Part shown: positions 51,801-64,000 of the stretch, piece by piece | Position numbering within the stretch: position 1 is the first letter of the stretch | Layout: the number at the start of each line of letters is the position of its first letter | Assembly: GCA_951406725.2 (NCBI GenBank) | Contig: OX597829.1 | Coordinates: 52,328,001 to 52,392,000, forward strand | Reading direction: 5' to 3' | DNA: 64,000 nt | Source of the DNA: Octopus vulgaris | Taxonomy: Eukaryota | Position numbers and translations under genes: made by a program | Notes under the pieces: model-generated | What the model was told of the DNA's origin: nothing | Seen by the model: the letters and a program-made list of their open reading frames with translations, nothing else | The model's database searches: none

Positions 51801-54025
51801 ACTATCTGTATGTTTTGTGGAGGTGTGGGAAAGTTGTGTTGGTATAGGTTGAAAGCCATTAGCAAGAGAAAGGATCCTTGTCATGCTTCATTTGGAAAAT
51901 TGCAGATTCTGTAAGAGTTTCTCTTGTACACTACACAGGCTTAGCATCCTGACAGATAGTTAAGGTGGTGCTGAGTAATTTTGGCATGATTGGTTACCAA
52001 GAAATAGAATCAAAAGCCTTGCTGATGCCGATGGTGGGTAGAATGGTTTGTGTAATAGGGTGGTGTTAGGAAGAGCATCCAGCTGTAAAAATCCTGCCAA
52101 AACAGTCACAGAAGTCTGGTGCAGGCTTCTGCCTAGCTGGATCTTGTGAAACCATCCCACCCATGCTAGCATCGAAGGAGGATGCTAAACGACGATGATG
52201 ATGATGATGATGATGTTTATGTTGTCAAAGTCACCATAGATGACTTAGTAAACTGATTCTTAAAATACTAAATCTAGCAAATCTGGGATCAATATGAACC
52301 CTGGGGTCCATATAAGATTCTTAAGGGTCCATGCTAGCAAAATAGTCAATTGGGGATACACAGTAATATTTTAAGTGTCCATGGGTGATATTTGCTTCAG
52401 ATGTATCTATTGCAAGTAATTGCTAAGTTACTTTTTCTAAGGTTTAACATGTTTTACGTCACCGAAACCTGTTCTTGCACAAAGTTCTATTCCAAACTTA
52501 CACAAGTGAATGTGTGAATAACAAAATAGGAATTTTGATAGAAATATCCATAAAATTAATTTTTAAACTTCAAATAGCTATGGTGGTGGTGGTGGTGGTC
52601 CACTAAAGTGAAATACTAATAGGTAAAAAAAAATGGTTGTGAAAAACTGAACTAAACAAAGAATTCTTACCCTAAAGAATTATTTCCAGTATGGGGACAA
52701 AGCTAGTAATTTTGAGTAGAAGGGAGCTTGTTGATTGCATTGGTTTCAATAATTTAAATGGTACATTATTTTATTGGCCCTGGAGAGATGAAAGGCAAAG
52801 TCAAGCTTGATGGGATTTGAATCTTACATTAAATAATGGCCAAATGTTTATCTACCGAAATCTTTTTGTTACTTACGTTGTAAAATGATTTTAATTAAAA
52901 TTTAAATCTTAAAAAGAGACAATTTGATAAGGATGGTTACAGGCAGATTGATAACCAGTGGTGTAGTTAATAGGGGAGCAACTGTTCCACCCCTAAACAT
53001 CAACATCATCATTTAATGTCCATTGTCCATGCTGGCATGGGTCGGACAGTTTGACTAGGGCTGGTAAGCTGGAAGTCTGCACCAGACTCTAATCTGATTT
53101 GGCATGGTTTTCTATGGTTGGATGCCCTTCCTAATGCCAACCACTCTTGGAGTGTAATGAGTGCTTTTATGTGCCACTGGTATAGGTGCCATTTGCGTGA
53201 CATCAGTATCTGCCATGACATAATGCCAAAGGTCTCAGTCATTGCCTCCGTGAGGCCCAACACTCAAAAGGAACTCAGTCAGTTTGCCTTCCTGAAGCCC
53301 AACACTCGAAAGGAACCCATCCACTTTGTTGCCGTGAGGTCCAACACCCAAAAGGAACTCGGCCACTTTGCCTCCGTGAGGCCCAATTCTCGAAAAGTGC
53401 TCAGTGCCACTAGGTATCAGTTACATGGCTCCAGCATCAGCCATCACCTCAGAATGGGCTGTTATAAAAAAAAAGGGTTAAGGTATTAATTAGTGCATAA
53501 ACTGATCACATCTAGTATGCAGGAATGGGATTTTCGAAGGAACTTATTACTGTCAAATCAGGACAAACAATATGTACACAGAAATAGGTGTAGTGGGATT
53601 GAGAAAGAATTGCAGAGAGATCCTTGAGTAGATGCATAAGATACACTGGATATCTAGAAATTCTTGACAGATACTGTTACCTAGGTGATATAAAATAAAA
53701 GGTTTTGTTACCTAGGTAACATAATTAGTGATTGCATTACAACTGAGATTAAATGGACTTGTGGAGGATTAAGGAATTGATACTCACGTCTGCTGGAAAG
53801 GATTTATATCTGTCTCTCCTCAAATGAGAAACAGATTATATATATATATATATATATATATAAGAATATTTGTGCGTGCATGTGTATAAATACACACATC
53901 CACATATATATATATTTATATATATACTCATATATATTATATGGCAATGAAATATGTATCTGTTGGGATTGTGAGAGATGTATATTTATGTATATATGTA
54001 TGTATGTATGTCATGTATGTTTGTG

Positions 54026-54062
<37 letters not shown>

Positions 54063-54226
54063 ATGTATATGTATGTATAGGCTTGGAATGTAAAAGGCTT
54101 TTCCCTTTTTCTTGAGTGTCAAACACTTGTGTCAAACACTTTTTCTGGAGCATCATACATTTGCTTGTTATTCATACATCTGTCTTTGTATTTTGCTTTT
54201 CTATAAATTTCAACTATATATATGTA

Positions 54227-54299
<73 letters not shown>

Positions 54300-54904
54300 C
54301 ATCAAAACAAATGATATAATTTGTCGACTTGGAACTTATTGCAAAACTGCATGATAAACATTTTTTGTCTTCCCATTCAGGGGTCAGTACATTTTTCCCT
54401 TTCTATCTAACCTCTCCCTCTCTCTGTTGATTGTTTTCAACCATCACCATCACCTGTACCACCACCACCATTGCCACCACAACTGCCATACGCACACCAT
54501 TCAGACTTCTGACATCACCAACATCAACACCAACACCATTGACTTCACAGCCTTTCCCTCCACCACCATCACCACTGTCAACTGATGCTGGTGTGTTTAC
54601 GTTCCTGTAACTTAGCGGTTCAGCAAGAGAGACGGATAGAATAAGTGCTAAGCTTACAAAGAATAAGTCCTGGGGTTGATTTGCTCAACTAAAGACAGTG
54701 CTCCAGCATGGCCACAGTCAAAATGATTGAAACAAGTAAAAGAGTATATCACTCATGTATAGATCAATTTTAAAAGACCCCTCTTTCCAGCCAACCATTT
54801 GTCCATCCATATTCGTGGGTTTAAATTAATTTTAATGGAGGGATTTTAAATGATATAAAATAAATTCTGCATTTATGAAAAGAAGTGTACATGAGCATAC
54901 AAGA

Positions 54905-54926
54905 ATAGATAGATAGATAGATAGAT

Positions 54927-54962
<36 letters not shown>

Positions 54963-55224
54963 TGAGAAAGAGAGTGAGAGAGTAAGAGAGAGAGATGGAG
55001 GGAGAGAGAGAGGGGGAGAGAGAGATAGTGAGAGAGGGAGAGAGGGAGGGAGAGAGATGGAGGGAGAGAGAGAGGGAGAGAGAGAGGGAGAGAGAGATGG
55101 AGGGAGAGAGAGAGGGAGAGAGAGGGAGAGAGAGAGAGGGAGAGAGAGAGGGGGGCAATGAAATGTGGAAAAGAAGAATCTGCTGCAGGCCCTTTAACAT
55201 CCTTGCTTCCGTTCTCCCAGGAGA

Positions 55225-55272
<48 letters not shown>

Positions 55273-55528
55273 AAGCACAAGAAAAGTAAAATGGGAAAAA
55301 CAGCAAAGCGAAAAAAAATTGCAGGCATTTTTAACACCCTTTTTACTCCCCCCCCCCCAATACACGGGGCTTATATTTGAACCTTTGATATCTGACCCAC
55401 GAACACATGATTTCAGTTGAACTTGTGACTGTTTTATGCCTATTGACACACACACACACAAACACACACAAACACACACAAACACACACACACACAAACA
55501 CACATGCACACAAACACACAAACACACA

Positions 55529-55585
<57 letters not shown>
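54905..55585. repeat. (GATA)n/(GA)n and (CA)n microsatellite cluster
   Basis: Direct reading. Confidence 0.93.
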
Positions 55586-55588
<3 letters not shown>

Positions 55589-56177
55589 TATATATGTATA
55601 TAATTTTCACTGTCTGTGTCTCTATCCGTCACCTGACAGGAGAAAATCTGGAATAAGGCTTAAATATTAATTGAATATAAATGAGGAAAGAGAGACTAAA
55701 AAGCCAGGATTAGCTTAAATCTCATCTCAGTTATCTTCCCCTGCTATAACGCACATCTCAACCAAAGCTAAACTCAGTCACCTCCACTTAATTCTTCAAA
55801 GCAAAAAACCTACAATAAGTTCTCTGCAGTTTATAAACTTCTTTCATGTTGCTTCAATCAAAACATATTTTGATTTCTCTATTTCAATGTCAGCCATACT
55901 TTTTCCCTTTGTGTCATCTCTTTCCTATGTCCCTTTGCCCTACCAAGCCATATTTTCCTTTTGTCCACTGCCAAACATAATTTTTCTTTGTCTCTTCCAC
56001 AGTTCACATTATCCAGCATCCCTGCCGTTATTGTCTCTTCCCTTTGTCGGTCATGTTTTATGTTTGATTCTTCCACAGTCAGCTATATTCTCTTTTTTTT
56101 TTCCTATTCTCTTGTTAGTCATATTTTCCCATTGTCTCTTCTTTTGTCAAGCATATTTTTTTTTCACTTCCATAAAC

Positions 56178-56212
<35 letters not shown>

Positions 56213-56911
56213 CGTATAAGTGTGTATATATACTCGGATGCATGTATATATGTGTGTATGTATTATGTATGTACATATGACAGAGAAAGTTGTCAAATCC
56301 TCATATGTCGAAGAGTTCATCAAATATATATATTCATCAGCATCATCACCATCATCATCATTATCCTCCTCCTCCTCCTCCTCATCTTCATCATCATCAT
56401 CATCATCACCATCATTATCCTCACCACCACCACCATCATCGTTTAACATCCCTCTTCCATGCAGGCATGGGTAGGATGGGTGACAGGAGCCTGTCAGGCA
56501 GAAAAACTACCCAAGGTTACTGTGTCTGTTTTGGCAGGAATTTTATGGCTGGATGCTCTTCGTAACACTAACCACTCCACAGATTGGAACCAGGGCTTTT
56601 TAATATATATATGGACATGTGTCTTCTAATACAGCCCTGGGTCCACTTAAGTGTTGCGAGGGGTTTCATTGATGGAAACAGAGAATCCTTTTATAGATAT
56701 TTACATATGTGCATATTTGCATGTATGTGAGTGTGCATATGTTTGTGTAATCGTTGCAAAGGAATATCATTCATTTCCAATCTTCCGCAAAAACATGCCT
56801 GACCATGGAGGGGAAATATTACCTTGCTTGGAAACAGGTGAGGATTGAGACAGGTTGCTCATAGAAAATCTCTCTCAAAATATTTCATCAAACTCCATGC
56901 ATGGAAAAATT

Positions 56912-57158
56912 AAGGGTTGGCGAAAGCAATGTGGTGGACAATGAAAAACCTGGCTGATGACAGTCAAGGCTGATCTGGAACCCAACCTAGGCCCCCATGT
57001 CTACGGCGTTTGCCGCTGGAATAGGGAGTGGTTGGAGATCACGCGGTCATTAGCCTCAAATCGCCAGGTCTGGTCGGCATTCGTGAGAGATGCAGCATTG
57101 AGGATGAATAAAGCCAGCTCAACCCACCCCGGGTGAATGCTGTCTCAAGCAAGCAAGC
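56912..57158 (+). pseudogene. Second RTE-family LINE 3' end inserted into a SINE tail
   Basis: KTWLMTVKADLEPNLGPHVYGVCRWNREWLEITRSLASNRQVWSAFVRDA..STHPG*, (CAAG)n tail. Confidence 0.7.
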
Positions 57159-57632
57159 ATGGCAAAATGGACATTAAAATGATGATGATGATGATGATGA
57201 CGATTGTCATTCATTTTCGTTGTTGACCATATTTTACGTTGTCACTAGTCATTATTAAGCACATGTACGCATACTTCAATTTACGTCGTTTTTGAGTTAC
57301 GTCAATTTTGACTTTGCTGTATTTTTTAATGAAAAAAGTAAACCTCAACTTCAGTTGATTCATCTGATTTCACATTGGTTTCAGTGAATTTATTTAAAAA
57401 CACAGAAAACAGAAAAAAGACAAAAACATCTAAAACCTGATACCATAGTGGAAAATCAAATAAAATTGATGTGAAAGGAGTGGCTGTGTGGTAAGAAGTT
57501 TGCTACCCAGCCACATGGTTCCAGGTTCAGTTCCACTGCATGGCACCTTAGGCAAGTGTCTTCTACTATAGCCTCAGGCCACCCAAAGCCTTGTGAGTGG
57601 ATTTGTTTGATGGAAACTGAAAGAAGCCCATC

Positions 57633-57672
<40 letters not shown>

Positions 57673-57984
57673 ATATATGTATATATATGTATGTATGGTA
57701 TGTATGTATTTTGTGTGTTTGTGTTTGTGCCCCCACCATTGCTAGACAACCGATGTTGGTGTGTTTACATCCCAGTAACTTAGCTGTTCAGCAAAATAGA
57801 CCAATAGAATAAGTAGTAGGCCTACAAAGAATAAGTCCTGGGGTTGATTTGCTATAAAAAGCAATTGAAAGTGACAGGTATTGCCTGTGGTGGTGCCCCA
57901 ACATGGCCACTGTCAAATGACTGAAACAAGTAAAAGCTAATGAATTTTTAGAAATGTCTTTTCATGTCATGTCATCTTTTGAGT

Positions 57985-58590
57985 GCAGGCACATGGCTCA
58001 GTGGTTAGGGTATTTGGCTTATGATTGTAGGGTCATGAGTTCAATTCCCATCAGTGCATTGTATCCTTAAGCAAGACACTTTATTTTCACTTTGCTCCAG
58101 TTCACTCAGCTGGCAAAAATGAGTTGCACCAGTATTTCAAAAGGGCCAGCCTTGTCACATCCTGTGTCATGCTGAATCTCCTTGAGAATTACGTTAAGGG
58201 TACATGTGTCTGAATTACGTTAAGGGTACATGTGTCTGAATTACGTTAAGGGTACATGCGGCGAGCTGGCAGAAACGTTAGCATGCCGGGTGAAATACTT
58301 AGCGGTATTTCGTCTGCGTTACGTTGTGAGTTCAAATTCCGCTGAGGTCGACTTTGCCTTTCATCCTTTCGGGGTTGATAAATTAAGTACCAGTTACGCA
58401 CTGGGGTCGATGTAATCGACTTAATCCCTTTGTCTGTCCTTGTTTGTCCCATCTGTGTTTAGCCCCTTGTGGGTAATAAAGAAATAGGTACATGTGTCTG
58501 TGTAGCGCTCAGCCACTTCCCTCATTAATTTCTGTTGATTGGATCAACTGGATCCTTCATTGTCATAACTGACAGAGTGTCAGTCGTCTT
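57985..58590 (+). mobile_element. tRNA/CORE-type SINE with a local 26-bp triplication and a nested family B SINE (58258-58487)
   Basis: A box tggctcagtgg, B box gagttcaattcc, ccttaagcaagacactt; gaattacgttaagggtacatg x3; related copy at ~44140-44400. Confidence 0.72.
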
Positions 58591-59458
58591 TTGAGTTAAG
58601 TCGCATATCTTGTAAACACCATTCTTAAATTGAAATATGTCTGTATTCCTCCTTTTCTCTCTTCTACTGGCAACAATATTTTTTCTTAGCCTCTTTTACT
58701 ACACATTATATATATATTTTTTCCCCCTATTTTCCTCTCCCAGTCTTATTTTTCTTTTGTCTCCCATTATCAACCACATATATTTCCTATATTTTATTGT
58801 CAATCATATTATTTCCCATTGTATCTAAGTTATTTTTTTTTTGTGCTGCCTTTATTAGAGTGGTAAAAAATCTTTTGAATATCTCAGAAGATAACTGATT
58901 GGAGTGTAGTTTGGTTTTTTTCCATACCATCAAATTTACCCATTTTTCATTTTCTCTCTATATTGCTCTTCCATCTATATATCTTCAACCTATGAACAAC
59001 ATTGAAGGTTGACCTTTATGACCAACAAAATACCTGTCACTTTCAATTGCTTTTTATAGGAAACCCTTCCTAATTGCCAGTCTTAATTTCTTTCGCAAAC
59101 AACACACCAGTAAATTTCATATCTTTCATCTTTCTCTCATTTGTTTCAATCATAGACTGTGGCCATGCTGGAGCACCACATTGAAAGGTTTTAATCAAAT
59201 GAATCGACTTCAGTACTTATTTTTTTAAAGCCAGGTACTTATTCTATCAGTTTCTTATGTCAAACTGTTAAGTTACAAGGATGTAAACAAACCAATGCCA
59301 GTTGTCAAGTGGTGGTGGAGGACAAACACAAGGACAGACACACACTCATAGACACTTGCACACAGATATATACACACACACACACACACATACATATATG
59401 ACAAGCTTCCACACAATAAGTGAATCCCATGGTCATTCATGACCGAAGGGAGTCTTTA

Positions 59459-59505
<47 letters not shown>

Positions 59506-60169
59506 GGACACAAACTCCTCTCTTGATATGATAAACAATTTAGTTAGCAATATAAGTAGAAAAATATCTTACATATCTAACATAGATGTTTAATATATGA
59601 AGTAGGAAACACATTGGTTCATCTTCAATAAAGCCTCAGAAATTTATATAAGAACAAACTAGAAAAATTTTAAACATTTAGAGAAAAGATCAATTTCTTA
59701 TTTTGACATGAGCAGGTTTAAAATTACACTATTGTTTGCATATCTAGAATACTGCTGCTGCACATTAGTATCTTACGCCACATCCAAAATAAGGCCACAT
59801 GGCTAATTAGCAAAGATTCAATCACCAACAGGCTACAGCAACTAGTTCAACGACATACTGTTTCTCTTCTTTTACCTTTCTGTCCTGTAACTACAAAAGG
59901 CCTCTTCTCATTACAGGAGTATCCTGTCCACGCACCAGTCCAACCAATTACCTACCTGTTCGTTAATGCAATTTAGATTTATATATGTACCTGTCTGTTC
60001 ATTCAATTATTTATTATTTCATCCATACTCATGGACACATACATACTGACATATATTCACTTAAATCATCATCATCATCATCACCACCACCACCATTACC
60101 CCCCTCCTCTTCCTCCTTTCTCTCTATATATATCATCACTCTCCTACATACAAATGGTTGGTGAGAGCT

Positions 60170-60470
60170 GTACAAGCCACGTAGAGGTGCAGTCAGTAAG
60201 GTGAGAACTAGCAAAAAGTATAACAATGAATTTAGTGTGCAAGTAGGAGTATACCGGGGTTTGGTTTTCAGTCATTTCTTATTTGACATAGTCCTCAAAT
60301 GCCCAGGGGAATCCTTAAAGGTAGTAGATGGTTGTTGTCACCTAGGTGACCTAATTAGCAGTGGAGGAGGATGTTCTGAAAGGATAGTTGCCAGAATAAG
60401 AACAGGTTAGAGAGAGTTCAGAGAGCTATTATCTTTGTTAGTAACAAAAGATTTCTCTCTCAGAGAGAAT
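60170..60470 (+). pseudogene. Degraded RTE LINE fragment
   Basis: FSVQVGVYRG..LF..V and CHLGDLISSGGGCSERIVARIR similar to 38580-39240. Confidence 0.65.
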
Positions 60471-61097
60471 GTTCCAAGAATAAGAGAATTCAAAGAATAA
60501 GAGAATCCAAACTGTCCTTTTTAACAAAAAAAAAATTTTTTTTTCTCCGTTATTTTTATTGATGTTTTAATTTGAATATCAATGAAGTGTTGCTAGGTAA
60601 CATGGAGAAACACAAACATCTGATATTATTTTCACCATCTGTTGTCTACAATTTCATGAAAAGATGTTTTGCCATGAAACAATTAATGTGGTCAGATTTT
60701 ACAAATTGTAAGGAAGGGAGTGAATGAAATCCCTGCCTTTTTTTTTTATTGTTTTTCACTAAAATTGCAGTGGAAGCTGATACAACTCTTCAGCAAAGTG
60801 CTAATATTGTTTTGTTCCATGAAATATAACACATGATGTTGACTATTAGTTCTATTAATACAATCAAAGAATTGTTTTGATTTAATGAATTTTTCCTAAA
60901 AAAAAAAAAAAAACCCAGAAATTATTAAATATGTTGAATTTAAGATTTAGAAAACAATTATCCTCTTTGTTTTAATTATAATATATTGCAAACCATTAAT
61001 TCCTTTAATAAAAGAACAACAGCTAAAAGCAAATATCTAAGTTGTACAAAATCATCTTGACAGTGGTGTGTTGTTAGCTACTCTTTTAAATCTACTC

Positions 61098-61316
61098 AGA
61101 CATCTCAAAAATAATTAGACATCATCATTTTTGAAAGATTAATTTCTAGAAGCAAAATGTCATCAGATGAATTTAAACACTTAATCAAAGATTTAATAGA
61201 CATGAATTTTTCAGCTTTTAATGATTAAACTTGTTTGGAGATCATACACTTGAGTAGTATCCACAGAGATAAAACATTATAATGTGGGGTGTCTATTTAT
61301 TTTTGAGATGTCTGTG
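61098..61316. mobile_element. Small MITE-like element with ~27-bp inverted termini
   Basis: cagacatctcaaaaataattagaca / tgtctatttatttttgagatgtctg. Confidence 0.55.
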
Positions 61317-61690
61317 TATTATGGTGTTAGAGAAATCTTGAAGCTCTGGTGCTTCCTGAAGAAAATCACAACTGAAGTATACTGGGTTGGTTTCTGTTAC
61401 TTTCTCCAAGGCTAGAAGAGAACTTGAAGTCAGCAGCACTTTGAGCTAAAGAGACATTTTTCAATTTTATGGGTTCTACTACTCTTTAACTAGCTTCAGC
61501 TCAAGAGCTGTGACCATGCTGGGGCACTGCTGTTGAATTATAATCTATACAATTGAAAACTACTTTCAAGTTAGCATGAATCAACAATGGTTAACCTGCT
61601 GGAAACAATAAGTGAAATCACTTTCAAATCACACCCCACTGCCTTACCAAAAAAAAAAAACAAAAACAAAACAAAAAAAAGCACATAACA

Positions 61691-63076
61691 TTAACCCGTT
61701 CATTACGAACCTGCCTGAAACCGGCTCTGGCTCTGTGTACAAATGTTTTGTTTTCATAAGTTTTGAATTAAAATCTTCCACCAAACCTTAGTCACAATTT
61801 ATGTTCCTAACACTAGCTTAATGATAACTAAGTTATTTTACTAAATTCATTGTTATATTGAAAATTAATTGAAAGAAACACAGAGCATCTTAACAGAAAT
61901 ATGGTCATGAAAGGGTTAAAATATATAAACAATTCTTAACCCTTTTGATACCAACTGCCTCTGGCTCTGTAGTACAAATGTTTTGTTTTCATAAGTTTTG
62001 AATTAAAATCTTCCACCAAACCTTAGTCACAATTTATGTTCCTAACACTAGCTTAATGATAACTAAGTTATTTTACTAAATTCATTGTTATATTGAAAAT
62101 TAATTGAAAGAAACACAGAGCATCTTAACAGAAATATGGTCATGAAAGGGTTAAAATATATAAACAATTCTTAACCCTTTTGATACCAACTGCCTCTGGC
62201 TCTGTAGTACAAATGTTTTGTTTTCATAAGTTTTGAATTAAAATCTTCCACCAAACCTTAGTCACAATTTATGTTCCTAACACTAGCTTAATGATAACTA
62301 AGTTATTTTACTAAATTCTTTGTTATATTGAAAACAATTGAAAGAAACACAGAGCATCTTAACAGAAATATGGTCATTAAACAATTCTTAACCCTTTTGA
62401 TACCAACTGCCTCTGGCTCTGTAGTACAAATGTTTTGTTTTCATAAGTTTTGAATTAAAATCTTCCACCAAACCTTAGTCACAATTTATGTTCCTAACAC
62501 TAGCTTAATGATAACTAAGTTATTTTGCTAAATTCTTTGTTATATTTAAAATTAATTGAAAGAAACACAGAGCATCTTAACAGAAATATGGTCATGAAAG
62601 GGTTAAAATATATAAACAATTCTTAACCCTTTTGATACCAACTGCCTCTGGCTCTGTAGTACAAATGTTTTGTTTTCATAAGTTTTGAATTAAAATCTTC
62701 CACCAAACCTTAGTCACAATTTATGTTCCTAACACTAGCTTAATGATAACTAAGTTATTTTACTAAATTCTTTGTTATATTTAAAATTAATTGAAAGAAA
62801 CACAGAGCATCTTAACAGAAATATGGTCATGAAAGGGTTAAAATATATAAACAATTCTTAACCCTTTTGATACCAACTGCCTCTGGCTCTGTAGTACAAA
62901 TGTTTTGTTTTCATAAGTTTTGAATTAAAATCTTCCACCAAACCTTAGTCACAATTTATGTTCCTAACACTAGCTTAATGATAACTAAGTTATTTTACTA
63001 AATTCTTTGTTATATTTAAAATTAATTGAAAGAAACACAGAGCATCTCAACAGAAATACAGTAATGCAAGGGTTAA
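61691..63076 (+). repeat. Tandem array of six piggyBac-type MITEs (mostly 235-bp period)
   Basis: Units start at ttaaccc 61691, 61936, 62171, 62388, 62623, 62858; the third unit lacks its right TIR (217 bp); spacer aatatataaacaattc. Confidence 0.92.
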
Positions 63077-64000
63077 GTGATATAATCCCAGGTACACTAG
63101 GTTTAAAAAATAAAGAGAGAGCATAGTCATAGCCAGAGGGTCAACAACAACAATAGAAACAGCAACAACAACAAAAACAACATTATGAATTATACAGGTC
63201 TGTGGTACTGACATACAATTAGATGAACTCAACCACGAAGAGATAAGTATCTTGGTCATAGGCAAACAGCTGTAGTAACACTAGATTGTCTTCTAACATA
63301 ATTACGAGGTGATCAACTTTGGTGGGATTCGATCTCAGAATGTAAAAAGCTTTAACTCACTTCTGCAAAGCATTTTGTTAGCTACTTTAACCTTTTAACA
63401 TTTAAATTGGTCCTATCCAACCCAAATATTCTACCCCGTACCATATTTACCCTACAATATCATTCTAAAAATAACCAATCACATCATCAAAATCTCAAAG
63501 CTATGAGATAATGCATGATTAATTGAAAACAGCAGGAATAAATAAGTATTACATCTGACAGAGTAATCTGAATGCTAAAGGGTTAAACTAACCGCTTCTG
63601 GCTTCTCACACTTACCTTACAATGTCCTCCTAAAAATTGTCACATCACTGAAATCTCTTAGCTACAAGATAATCCATGGTTAATTAAAAATAATGTGAAT
63701 AGATAAGCAGTACATTTGACAGAATAATCAAAACGCCGAGGAGTTGATGCTTCTGATAAGTGGTATGATATTAGTGATGAACTTCTTTGATGTAGCCTTG
63801 TACTCCATTGGCCGAGACATTTTGGTTCTCAATACTCATCTCGAGATAACATATACAGGTATACCTCTGCTTACTTCTGGTAATTGGTTCTAAGATGTGA
63901 CTAATCTCAAAAAGTGACATAACATTAAAAAAAGCATTTAAAAAAATTTATTAGTTTATATTTGTTTTAATAAATGATTTGTACATATTTTTGTATGTAT

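Noticed and set aside
54821-56565. ORFs up to 266 aa (LS/ER/CV/HT, poly-His, acidic)
   Set aside because: Microsatellite translations with no splice or homology support.
63190-63895. Short open frames in unique sequence at the window end
   Set aside because: No consistent splice chain or recognisable homology.

Overview
AT-rich, repeat-dense eukaryotic DNA. The SINE families and microsatellite load resemble a coleoid cephalopod (Octopus-like); this assignment is inference. The one confidently identifiable gene is cytosolic malate dehydrogenase (MDH1, + strand), with seven coding exons from 3770 to 20350; the ATG-bearing first exon was not located. Its stop codon is TGA in a leaky TGA-CTG context followed in frame by LFDPKL-TAA. 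This is a candidate readthrough extension ending in a PTS1-like peroxisomal signal. The rest is mostly transposon-derived: several SINE families, TTAA/piggyBac-type MITEs (one amplified into a 6-copy array), a hAT element with an 8-bp TSD, two convergent Helitrons, mariner/Tc1 relics, RTE/CR1/R4-like LINE fragments, a 93-bp satellite derived from a SINE tail, and many long fold-back palindromes. Several short elements sitting in microsatellites carry type I hammerhead-ribozyme motifs of the minimal, Penelope-like kind. Two have an intact core (29968-30095, 39991-40073) and several are variant or degenerate. Two RFX X-box motifs next to splice donors may mark unannotated genes. Nearly all ORFs in the supplied track are repeat-derived artefacts. 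Repeat boundaries were estimated by eye.
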